From Opitutaceae bacterium (GTDB taxonomy: Bacteria; Verrucomicrobiota; Verrucomicrobiia; Opitutales; Coraliomargaritaceae), in assembly GCA_051252375.1 (NCBI GenBank), contig JBPOFY010000001.1:352001-416000 (forward strand): a DNA stretch of 64,000 nt. Reading direction: 5' to 3'. The notes under the pieces are model-generated. The model searched no databases. It saw only the letters and a program-made list of their open reading frames with translations, and had not been told where the DNA came from. Positions 56,940-64,000 of this stretch are shown piece after piece (positions within the stretch are counted from its first letter, which is position 1; each line of letters begins with the position of its first letter). A program made the position numbers and the translations under genes.

Positions 56940-57746
56940 TCAGTTATTTACGACAGCTGCTGGTTCAAAAGGGATAAATTGGAGCATCCCGAGGAGCTTG
57001 AGCTCCTTGTGCTCCGGATTCTGTGGGATAAACCATTGATCGGAACCGCGCTTTTTAAGCAGTCCACGATATACCTCACCCCATGTGCCAAGTGTGATGT
57101 AGCCAGAGCGGTCTGCTCGTATGAATGTGGCTGCATGGGTGACTGGACTCATCTCGCCCGTTTCGGGGTTTTTCGATCGGACGACTAGGTATGCCGTCCG
57201 GAAGTTCGGCACTAGATCCAAAAAAGTCTTCAGCTGGTATGGAGGCTCTACTGCTTCAGCATGCAGACGTAGTGCATCGTCTGAAAGTTCGCGCACGAAC
57301 TCATCCATAACCATTGCGGAGGCTAAGTTTGAGGAACCGCGATCCTCTGTGCGCGCTTCACCGGTCAATTCGAGTAAGCGCCGATCGATCTCTTTAAAAA
57401 AGATCTGTTTGTAACTGGCAGAATTGGCTTCGCGGCTGAAGGGGCGGATCAAGCCGAATTTTTCATACCAAATCAGGATGTTCAGCATGGCTGTAGGACC
57501 GCAACCGCTCTCAGGAATCGGGTAGATCGATTGGTCTTCGGAGAGTATCGATAGGCGATTCAATGCGTTGTTTGTCCGCTCAGTGCCGTAGATATGTCGA
57601 TAGTAATAGCCAACTTCTCCATTCGTCGCGTCTGCCTTCCGCTCGATCACCTTAAAATTGTGTTGGGTGATTTGGCTCTGCGCAAAGGCCTGCGTTTGCA
57701 TGGCTAGCAAGCATGCTAAAAAGAGGTATTGCGGCCAGTGGTTCAT
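56940..57746 (-). CDS. Secreted protein with a papain/C39-like peptidase motif
   Basis: Signal peptide; SGCGPTAMLNIL; later THAATF and GTWG. Confidence 0.6.
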   Translation of the reverse strand: MNHWPQYLFLACLLAMQTQAFAQSQITQHNFKVIERKADATNGEVGYYYRHIYGTERTNNALNRLSILSEDQSIYPIPESGCGPTAMLNILIWYEKFGLIRPFSREANSASYKQIFFKEIDRRLLELTGEARTEDRGSSNLASAMVMDEFVRELSDDALRLHAEAVEPPYQLKTFLDLVPNFRTAYLVVRSKNPETGEMSPVTHAATFIRADRSGYITLGTWGEVYRGLLKKRGSDQWFIPQNPEHKELKLLGMLQFIPFEPAAVVNN

Positions 57747-57885
57747 TCCAGTGCGAGACTACCGCCGATGGCTAGATCGTAAAGCGCGAAGCCCTGATAT
57801 TAGAAATTCTTGAATTAGCTGCGCTTTTCTCATTGACACCGTAAATTAGCTTAACTTATCTCAATGCCTATTCACAACAACTACT

Positions 57886-58776
57886 ATGAATAACAAACAA
57901 CTATCCCTCGTTTCTCTTGGCGTTGTCGCTTTGGGATCGCTTCTTAACGCAGCTGATGGCTTCGTCCTTTTTGGTGACGACGTCGCGAAACCAGCTCCCG
58001 AACAAAAGTTCGTTCGTCCGTTGACGGGTCCTTATTTCCATGAGGATGCCTTCGTGACGACTGATTTGCGCGCATGGTATTTGCAGCACAATTTTGGCTC
58101 CGACACGCTAGGCAGCAATGCCGATGTCACTGTGGCGGCACTTCAAGTGCGTATCGCACTGACAGAAAGCCTACAACTGGTCGCCTATAAAGATGGTTAC
58201 ACCGAATTCGATAACGCCGCACTCGTGGGTGATAACGAAGGCTTCAACGATATCGGTGCAGGCATCAAATGGGCTTTCATCCAAGACTGGGAAAACAACT
58301 TCCACATGGCTGCGGGTATCGGCTACGAGTTCGGGCTTGGCGACAAAGACGTGCTTCAAGAGACCAACGAGCTTCGCCTCTGGCTCTCTTGGGCGAAAGG
58401 TTTCGATAAGCTTCACCTCGGCGCCACAGCCAATTTGATTCTATCCGAAGACGATTCCGATGGTTTTGCGGGTAACTCCGACATGGTCACCGTTCACCTG
58501 CATGCAGATTACTATCTGACAGAGTGGTTGAGCCCAGTGGTTGAGCTTAATGGATACCTCGCGCAAGACGCGGCACCCGGTCTTCCAATCTCTGGAGTTG
58601 ATGCTGTCAGCCTCCCCGGAGGTGAAGCAAACGACACCTACACGATCGCAGTCGGAGCCGAAGTTCGCCCATTTGGTGAAAATCTTGGATTACGTCTTGC
58701 ATACGAAACCGAGCTTACTGATAACGTCAGTCTGTTCGGAGATCGTTGGACCCTGTCCGCCGTTTACGAATTCTAA
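57886..58776 (+). CDS. Putative outer-membrane beta-barrel protein
   Basis: Signal peptide; alternating beta-strands; C-terminal aromatic SAVYEF. Confidence 0.75.
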   Translation: MNNKQLSLVSLGVVALGSLLNAADGFVLFGDDVAKPAPEQKFVRPLTGPYFHEDAFVTTDLRAWYLQHNFGSDTLGSNADVTVAALQVRIALTESLQLVAYKDGYTEFDNAALVGDNEGFNDIGAGIKWAFIQDWENNFHMAAGIGYEFGLGDKDVLQETNELRLWLSWAKGFDKLHLGATANLILSEDDSDGFAGNSDMVTVHLHADYYLTEWLSPVVELNGYLAQDAAPGLPISGVDAVSLPGGEANDTYTIAVGAEVRPFGENLGLRLAYETELTDNVSLFGDRWTLSAVYEF

Positions 58777-58805
58777 GAATTTTTTATATTAGTGTTAGTT
58801 TGTAT

Positions 58806-58837
58806 AAAGGCGGCCTTCCCTGAAGGTCGCCTTTTTT
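58806..58837 (+). terminator. Intrinsic terminator
   Basis: AAAGGCGGCCTTC-CCT-GAAGGTCGCC-TTTTTT. Confidence 0.85.
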
Positions 58838-58859
58838 ATGCGTTTATTCAGAGGAATAA

Positions 58860-58929
58860 GGTAGGGTTCGATATCCTTATCGAACCGCAACAGTATGCCA
58901 GCGGAGCGTTAAGGATAACGCTCCCTACC
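58860..58929. repeat. REP doublet (REPIN-like)
   Basis: GGTAG-GGTTCGATA-TCCT-TATCGAACC plus inverted GGTAG-GGAGCGTTA-TCCT-TAACGCTCC. Confidence 0.8.
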
Positions 58930-58974
58930 ACCAACGATACATCAACCTAATCGCAGAACGCTCTATACATTGAA

Positions 58975-59256
58975 TCAGGCAAGCAGTGCTGCGGCTTCTG
59001 GATGACGTTTTGCATACACACCAATATAGCTACATTGCGGCACGACTTTCAGTCCCTCAGCCCGAGCATATTCAAAGGCGGCACCGGCCAACAGGCCTGC
59101 TATATTTTGCCCCCGTAATTCAGGTGGGACAAAGGTATGGTGGATCGTCATCACCGCGCCAGCTAAGTCATAATCTAAGTGTGCAATGGTTTCTTCACCT
59201 CGAATCTCAAAACGCGATTTCTCGATGCAATGTTCTACTGTTGGTGGGGTATTCAT
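58975..59256 (-). CDS. Small GNAT (YjdJ-like) protein
   Basis: HTFVPPELRGQNIA...VVPQCSY. Confidence 0.88.
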   Translation of the reverse strand: MNTPPTVEHCIEKSRFEIRGEETIAHLDYDLAGAVMTIHHTFVPPELRGQNIAGLLAGAAFEYARAEGLKVVPQCSYIGVYAKRHPEAAALLA

Positions 59257-59273
59257 ATAATTGATGGAATGGT

Positions 59274-60098
59274 TTAGTCGCCGACTTGCAATGACCAGCC
59301 TAAGTCATTGGGTCGTTTCCGTGCTTTTACGGGAGCACCGAATGCCTGACTCAGATTCTTTGAGTTAAGCACCTCATGCTTGCAGCCGCTTGCCAGAACC
59401 TTCCCCTTTTTAAGGAGGAGGACGTGGGAGATTTCGGCAAAGATCTCTTCAATGTGATGCGTCACCAAGATCAGACCCGGTGCATTTTTAGACTGTGCCA
59501 GTTTTCGTAAACTGCCGATGAAGTGCTCTCGAGCGACTGGGTCGAGACCTGCGCAAGGTTCGTCCAGAATCAGAAGCTCAGGATCTGCCATGAGCGCTCG
59601 CGCAATAAATACTTTTTGACGTTCGCCCTGACTGAGCACGCCCCAAGGGCGCTCTGCCAAAGCACGAACCTTCATCGCACTTAGGCAGCGGAGCGCTTTC
59701 CGTGTATCCACTTTCCGCTCACGTGTCCAAAAACCCAACTGTGCGGTTGCGCCGCTTAAGACGGTGATCAGCGCAGGTTCGTCGTCAGGAACGCGACGTG
59801 CAAAAACAGTGCTGACGATCCCGATACGTTTACGAACCTCGTTCCATTCAGCCTCACCGTAGGATTCGCCAAGTAGTTCAAGCTTGCCTCCGGTCGGAGT
59901 CAGATAGGCGGTGATCGCGGCAAGCAAAGTGGTTTTGCCGCAACCGTTCGCGCCCAAGATCGCCCAGTTTTCTCCCTTCAGAACCTTCCAGTCGATACCC
60001 TTAATGATCTCTGCCTCATCTCTACGCACACGGAGACCTGTAACCGAAAGGAGAGGTGCATCTGTCTGATGAGTCTGAGGCATAATGAGCGAGTTCAC
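59274..60098 (-). CDS. ABC transporter ATP-binding protein (ModF/YlmA-like)
   Basis: GANGCGKTT; LSQGERQ; ILDEPCAGLD; VTHH. Confidence 0.9.
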   Translation of the reverse strand: MNSLIMPQTHQTDAPLLSVTGLRVRRDEAEIIKGIDWKVLKGENWAILGANGCGKTTLLAAITAYLTPTGGKLELLGESYGEAEWNEVRKRIGIVSTVFARRVPDDEPALITVLSGATAQLGFWTRERKVDTRKALRCLSAMKVRALAERPWGVLSQGERQKVFIARALMADPELLILDEPCAGLDPVAREHFIGSLRKLAQSKNAPGLILVTHHIEEIFAEISHVLLLKKGKVLASGCKHEVLNSKNLSQAFGAPVKARKRPNDLGWSLQVGD

Positions 60099-60138
60099 TC
60101 AATGATGCCCAACTTGTCGAGTGTTCGCAATCGGCTAC

Positions 60139-60447
60139 TTATGCTGAGCTTGGGTGCAATGGCTTCACTTCCTTCTGGATGTTGGGCAGCAGATCGCGTT
60201 CGGCGATACGGAGGTCATAGTTCTTCTGCAGGTTGACCCAGAGTTGAGAAGAGGTGCCAAAGTAAGTCGCCAATCGAAGCGCTGTCTCGGTCGAGATCGG
60301 TCGCTTAGCATTCACGATCTGGTTCATCGTCGGCTGTGAGATACCTGAATCCTTCGCCACGCGATAGGGAGTGATTCCCGCGGGCTTGATGAATTCTTCC
60401 AACAGGATTTCGCCAGGATGTGGTTCTGGGATGGTTTGAGTGCTCAT
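60139..60447 (-). CDS. higA: HigA antitoxin (XRE HTH)
   Basis: HPGEILLEEF; TALRLATYFGTSSQLWVNLQ. Confidence 0.93.
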   Translation of the reverse strand: MSTQTIPEPHPGEILLEEFIKPAGITPYRVAKDSGISQPTMNQIVNAKRPISTETALRLATYFGTSSQLWVNLQKNYDLRIAERDLLPNIQKEVKPLHPSSA

Positions 60448-60459
60448 GGTAAAAATGGA

Positions 60460-60741
60460 TTAATGGTAATCGACGATTTCAACGTCCTCGGCATGGCCGT
60501 CGATGAAACGGAAGCAGATGCGATATTGTTGATTGATACGGATAGAGTGTTGTCCTTTTCGGTCTCCATAGAGTTGTTCGAGCCGATTGCCTGGCGGTAG
60601 TTTTAAGTCGTCGATATGGATGGCGGATTCAATGAGGCGAAGTTTGCGCAATGCTGATTGCTGTAAATTGGCTGGCAGCTTCTTGTGCCGCTGGTTGTCC
60701 CAAAGGGCTGCCGTCTGTTTACATGCAAAGCTTCGAATCAT
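60460..60741 (-). CDS. higB: HigB (RelE/ParE family) toxin
   Basis: MIRSF; PPGNRLEQL.GDRKGQHSIRINQQYRICF; IVDYH. Confidence 0.93.
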   Translation of the reverse strand: MIRSFACKQTAALWDNQRHKKLPANLQQSALRKLRLIESAIHIDDLKLPPGNRLEQLYGDRKGQHSIRINQQYRICFRFIDGHAEDVEIVDYH

Positions 60742-60772
60742 GCTATTTAGTAATATATGCTACTTTTGTGAG

Positions 60773-60793
60773 TATATTCAAGTTTTGAATATA
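60773..60793. promoter_or_regulatory. Putative HigA operator overlapping the higBA promoter
   Basis: TATATTCAA-GTT-TTGAATATA perfect 9-bp inverted repeat; includes a minus-strand TTGAAT (-35-like). Confidence 0.55.
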
Positions 60794-60846
60794 ACTTAAT
60801 TATGGACATAACCCCGCAGGCGGAGATTCGCTGTGATGTAGGTGAG

Positions 60847-62136
60847 CTAGCTAGAGAAATAGGCGAACTTGCGCAGCGCTTCTGCGTGCTCACTGGCGTC
60901 TTCGAATCCACATTTCAGTAAAATAATCGGATGTTCGATATTTTCGATTTCGGAGGACTTTTCACAGATGGTATATTTTAGAGGCGTTTCACGGCAGCCG
61001 AAAAAGCTACTGATATTACTTATCGAATGGCTCTGACATTTTTCGATCAGGCTTTCTGGATCAGGGTCCAAAATGAGAATTTGAGCCCCATCGATGTAAG
61101 AAAGCCATCCGCTTAAACGATTAGTAACGCCTAAATCCATGAAGCCATAGCCACTACAAATAATGCGTCGCGTTTGTAGTAGCTGATTTTGAAATTTCGC
61201 CCAAATCCACGGGTAATTTGCATAATTGTAGGCTTCCATCTTTCCAAGTATACCAGCTAGGAAATCTGGCGTGCCGTAATAACCCAAGTTGTGATTGCCT
61301 TCTGAGTAATCGGAATCTGGGTTGTCCAAGCGGTGGTATTCTTCTCCGTTCCAACACCAATCAATCGATCCGTGTAGCTTTAATAGGATATTCTGATCGT
61401 TATCGTTAAGCTTAGATCGATGAAATCGGCTAGTTTGAATTGATTCATCAAAATAAAAGCCATCTTCATAGTGTATTCCTAAAGTTTTAAGGGCGGACTC
61501 GCTCTTGATATCATGGTTCAAGGTGGAAAGTGAAAATAATCTCTTATCGCAATTGAGTGTTCTGAGAAAATTGATTTGTCCATTAACTATATCTTCACCG
61601 TTTCGCTCTAAAAGAACCTTATTTGTGTGTTCTTTATTTCTGTCGATGAGTGACTCATAGACATTCCAGCGTATCCAATCATTGGTTGCATTTAAAATGT
61701 CCCAACGCGACACAGAGCGATCTCGGATAGGTCCTATATATTTCTTTAATGAATCCGAGGCGTTAAGTTTTTTAAGCAAGTCTTCGAATACTAAATTTCT
61801 AAAAGGTATTAATGTAGGGGTTCGATGGGTTCCCTCATTTTTACAAAGATCGTCAACGATTTGTGCGAGTTCTTCATAATTTGGGGGTGTCTTGGTATTC
61901 TTGCTAGGTTGCTCTGATAATACAGACGTTATGGCATTCAAAGTAGCTTTAGTGAGTTCCGCGCTGTGAGGATCCATCACTCCTTCAAATCCTAAGTTAG
62001 TCTGTAATCTGTGGTTAGAGCCAAATTCCAATTCTCCGGATAGAATTTGCTTGGTAATATCCTTAACCTTTGGCATCGGACTCGTGTATGAGCCGAAGAG
62101 AAACATGGGGCGATATTCGTGAGTATTCGTGTTCAT
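60847..62136 (-). CDS. Standalone SIR2-like (SIR2_2) domain protein
   Basis: STLNHD (TxNxD), LLKLHGSIDW, GYGFMD..+N; AT-rich compared with metH. Confidence 0.8.
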   Translation of the reverse strand: MNTNTHEYRPMFLFGSYTSPMPKVKDITKQILSGELEFGSNHRLQTNLGFEGVMDPHSAELTKATLNAITSVLSEQPSKNTKTPPNYEELAQIVDDLCKNEGTHRTPTLIPFRNLVFEDLLKKLNASDSLKKYIGPIRDRSVSRWDILNATNDWIRWNVYESLIDRNKEHTNKVLLERNGEDIVNGQINFLRTLNCDKRLFSLSTLNHDIKSESALKTLGIHYEDGFYFDESIQTSRFHRSKLNDNDQNILLKLHGSIDWCWNGEEYHRLDNPDSDYSEGNHNLGYYGTPDFLAGILGKMEAYNYANYPWIWAKFQNQLLQTRRIICSGYGFMDLGVTNRLSGWLSYIDGAQILILDPDPESLIEKCQSHSISNISSFFGCRETPLKYTICEKSSEIENIEHPIILLKCGFEDASEHAEALRKFAYFSS

Positions 62137-62253
62137 TGGCGGTCAAACCTGTGTTGGCTTTCCAATAGACTGAAATCCTATGCTTCAGTGCGCAAGGACA
62201 AGCTGGTCTCTTGGGCGGACTGTCGGTCTTCGCGAGCAAAGCCCCTAATAAGC

Positions 62254-64000
62254 TTAATAGCCTCGGTTCGGTGCGAGCCAGCGTTCGGTGGTTTCTAGGT
62301 CGAAGCCTTTGCGCTGGGCGTAGTCTTCGAACTGGTCTTTATCCATCGGGCCGACTTGGAAGTATTTGGCTTCCGGGTGACCGAAGTAGAGACCGCTGAC
62401 AGCAGAGCCGGGGCTCATTGCGAAACTTGTGGTGAGCGTCGCACTGGTGTTTTTCTCGGCGTCCAGGACGTCCCAGATGGTTTGCTTCTCGGTGTGGTCG
62501 GGCTGGCTGGGATAGCCGGCGGCGGGGCGGATGCCGCGATACTTTTCTTTGATCAGAGCGGCATTGTCTAAGGTCTCATCGGCAGCGTAGCCCCAGAGTT
62601 CTTTACGCACTTTTTGGTGGGTGTATTCAGCTAGCGCTTCGGCGAAACGGTCGCCGAGTGCTTTGACCATGATCGAGCTGTAGTCGTCGTGGGCGTCTTC
62701 AAATTCTTTAGCGAATGTATCCACACCTTCAATACAGCAGACGAAGGCGCCGCAAGTATCGGTCTGACCGCTTTCTTTTGGGGCGACAAAATCGCTGAGT
62801 GCGAAGTAAGTGTCGCTGCCGGCTTTTTTCTTTTGCTGGCGCAGGGTGTGGAAGGTGCCGATGGGCTGACCGTCGTTGTCGTAAAGTTCGACATCGTCGC
62901 CCACGGAGTTGGCGGGGAAGAGACCGACCACGCTGCGAGCACGGAAGCGTTTTTCTTCGATGATTTGTTTGAGCAGTTTTTGCGCATCTTCGAGGATGAT
63001 GCGGGCTTGTTCGCCGTATTTCTTGTGCTCGAGAATTTTTGGATACACGCCTTTGAGCTCCCATGTCCAGAAGAGCGGGGAGTAGTCGAAGAACTCGGCG
63101 AGTGCTTCGAGGTCGATGTGATCGCCGACGGTGACGCCGGGTGTATTCGGCGCTTTGAGTTGGGCTTGGCTCCAGTCGGGGGCGAAGCGCTTTTCGCGGA
63201 CTTCGGCGAGAGGTAGGAGCTCGTTGTCTGCTTGGCCGGCGGCGAAGCGGATACGGCGTTTTTCATGCTCAGCTTCGAGCTCGGCGACGTAGGCTTCTCG
63301 CTTCTCGGGATTGAGCAGGCTGTTGCAGATGCCGGTCACCAGGGAGGCATCACCGACGCGGACGACGGGCTGCGGGTAGTGCGGTGCGATCTTGATCGCG
63401 GTGTGTGCGCTGCTGGTGGTGGCTCCACCGATCAGGAGTGGCTGAGTGAAGCCGCGCTTGGTCATTTCTTGCGCATTGAAAATCATCTCGTCGAGCGAGG
63501 GTGTGATCAGGCCGGAGAGTCCTATGATGTCGGCGCCCCATTCTTGAGCTTCGCGTAAAATGTCGTCGCAGGAGACCATCACGCCGAGGTCTTTGACTTC
63601 GTAGTTGTTGCAGGCGAGCACGACGCCAACGATGTTCTTACCGATGTCGTGCACGTCGCCTTTCACGGTGGCGATGAGGAATTTGCCTTGGGCGCGGGTG
63701 TTGGGATTGTTCTTCTTTTCCTCTTCCATGAATGGGAAGAGGTAGGCCACGGCGCGCTTCATAACACGGGCGCTCTTGACCACTTGGGGAAGGAACATCT
63801 GACCGGAGCCAAAGAGCTCGCCGACGATTTTCATGCCGTCCATCAAGGGACCTTCGATTACCTCGAGTGGGCGCGCCAGTTGTTGGCGGGCTTCTTCGGT
63901 GTCGTCTTCGACGTAGTCGACGATGCCTTTGACTAGGGCGTGGGCGAGGCGTTCTTCGACGGTGCCGTCGCGCCATGCTAGCTTGGCGGAGTCGTCCACG
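62254..64000 (-). CDS. metH: Cobalamin-dependent methionine synthase, C-terminal part
   Basis: [53 protein letters not shown]. Confidence 0.97.
   Translation of the reverse strand, partial: VDDSAKLAWRDGTVEERLAHALVKGIVDYVEDDTEEARQQLARPLEVIEGPLMDGMKIVGELFGSGQMFLPQVVKSARVMKRAVAYLFPFMEEEKKNNPNTRAQGKFLIATVKGDVHDIGKNIVGVVLACNNYEVKDLGVMVSCDDILREAQEWGADIIGLSGLITPSLDEMIFNAQEMTKRGFTQPLLIGGATTSSAHTAIKIAPHYPQPVVRVGDASLVTGICNSLLNPEKREAYVAELEAEHEKRRIRFAAGQADNELLPLAEVREKRFAPDWSQAQLKAPNTPGVTVGDHIDLEALAEFFDYSPLFWTWELKGVYPKILEHKKYGEQARIILEDAQKLLKQIIEEKRFRARSVVGLFPANSVGDDVELYDNDGQPIGTFHTLRQQKKKAGSDTYFALSDFVAPKESGQTDTCGAFVCCIEGVDTFAKEFEDAHDDYSSIMVKALGDRFAEALAEYTHQKVRKELWGYAADETLDNAALIKEKYRGIRPAAGYPSQPDHTEKQTIWDVLDAEKNTSATLTTSFAMSPGSAVSGLYFGHPEAKYFQVGPMDKDQFEDYAQRKGFDLETTERWLAPNRGY

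Noticed and set aside
57795..57870. Fur-like box upstream of the beta-barrel gene
   Set aside because: Match to GATAATGATAATCATTATC is too weak.
38318..58929. Palindromic repeats as CRISPR or attC sites
   Set aside because: No regular repeat-spacer array, cas or integrase gene, or attC ends; the GTAG-hairpin form fits REPs.
60418..60600. Plus-strand ORF (MVIDDFNV...)
   Set aside because: Reverse frame of higB; no independent support.

Overview
A mostly core-genome window from a Verrucomicrobiota bacterium, probably Opitutae/Puniceicoccaceae-like (inferred from the PEP-CTERM protein, Verrucomicrobia-type secreted proteins and gene content). It very likely spans the replication origin. A candidate oriC (DnaA-box-like repeats, a C-run, trio-like triplets and an AT-rich tract) sits directly upstream of dnaN with no dnaA beside it, and a perfect parS palindrome lies inside mnmG. 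The typical origin-proximal genes mnmE, mnmG and the atpBEFHAGDC operon are present. Other housekeeping genes include prfA (partial), gndA, pssA, ispH, miaB, ogt, recA, a phoBR-like pair, trmB, coaX, birA, nadC, gmk and metH (partial). Accessory or unusual elements: a frameshifted GxxExxY nuclease-fold gene bounded by 29-bp inverted repeats; a low-GC standalone SIR2-domain gene next to higBA (candidate defence islet); an AbrB/Doc pair; an orphan RelE-like gene; a degenerate SDR fused to an Arg-rich and histone-H1-like tail; an IspH with an extra N-terminal region; an orphan cyclic-phosphate receiver domain; a GTAG REP/REPIN family; and heptamer tandem repeats in intergenic spacers. I saw no rRNA, tRNA, CRISPR array or transposase. 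All calls come from reading motifs by eye, with no database search.
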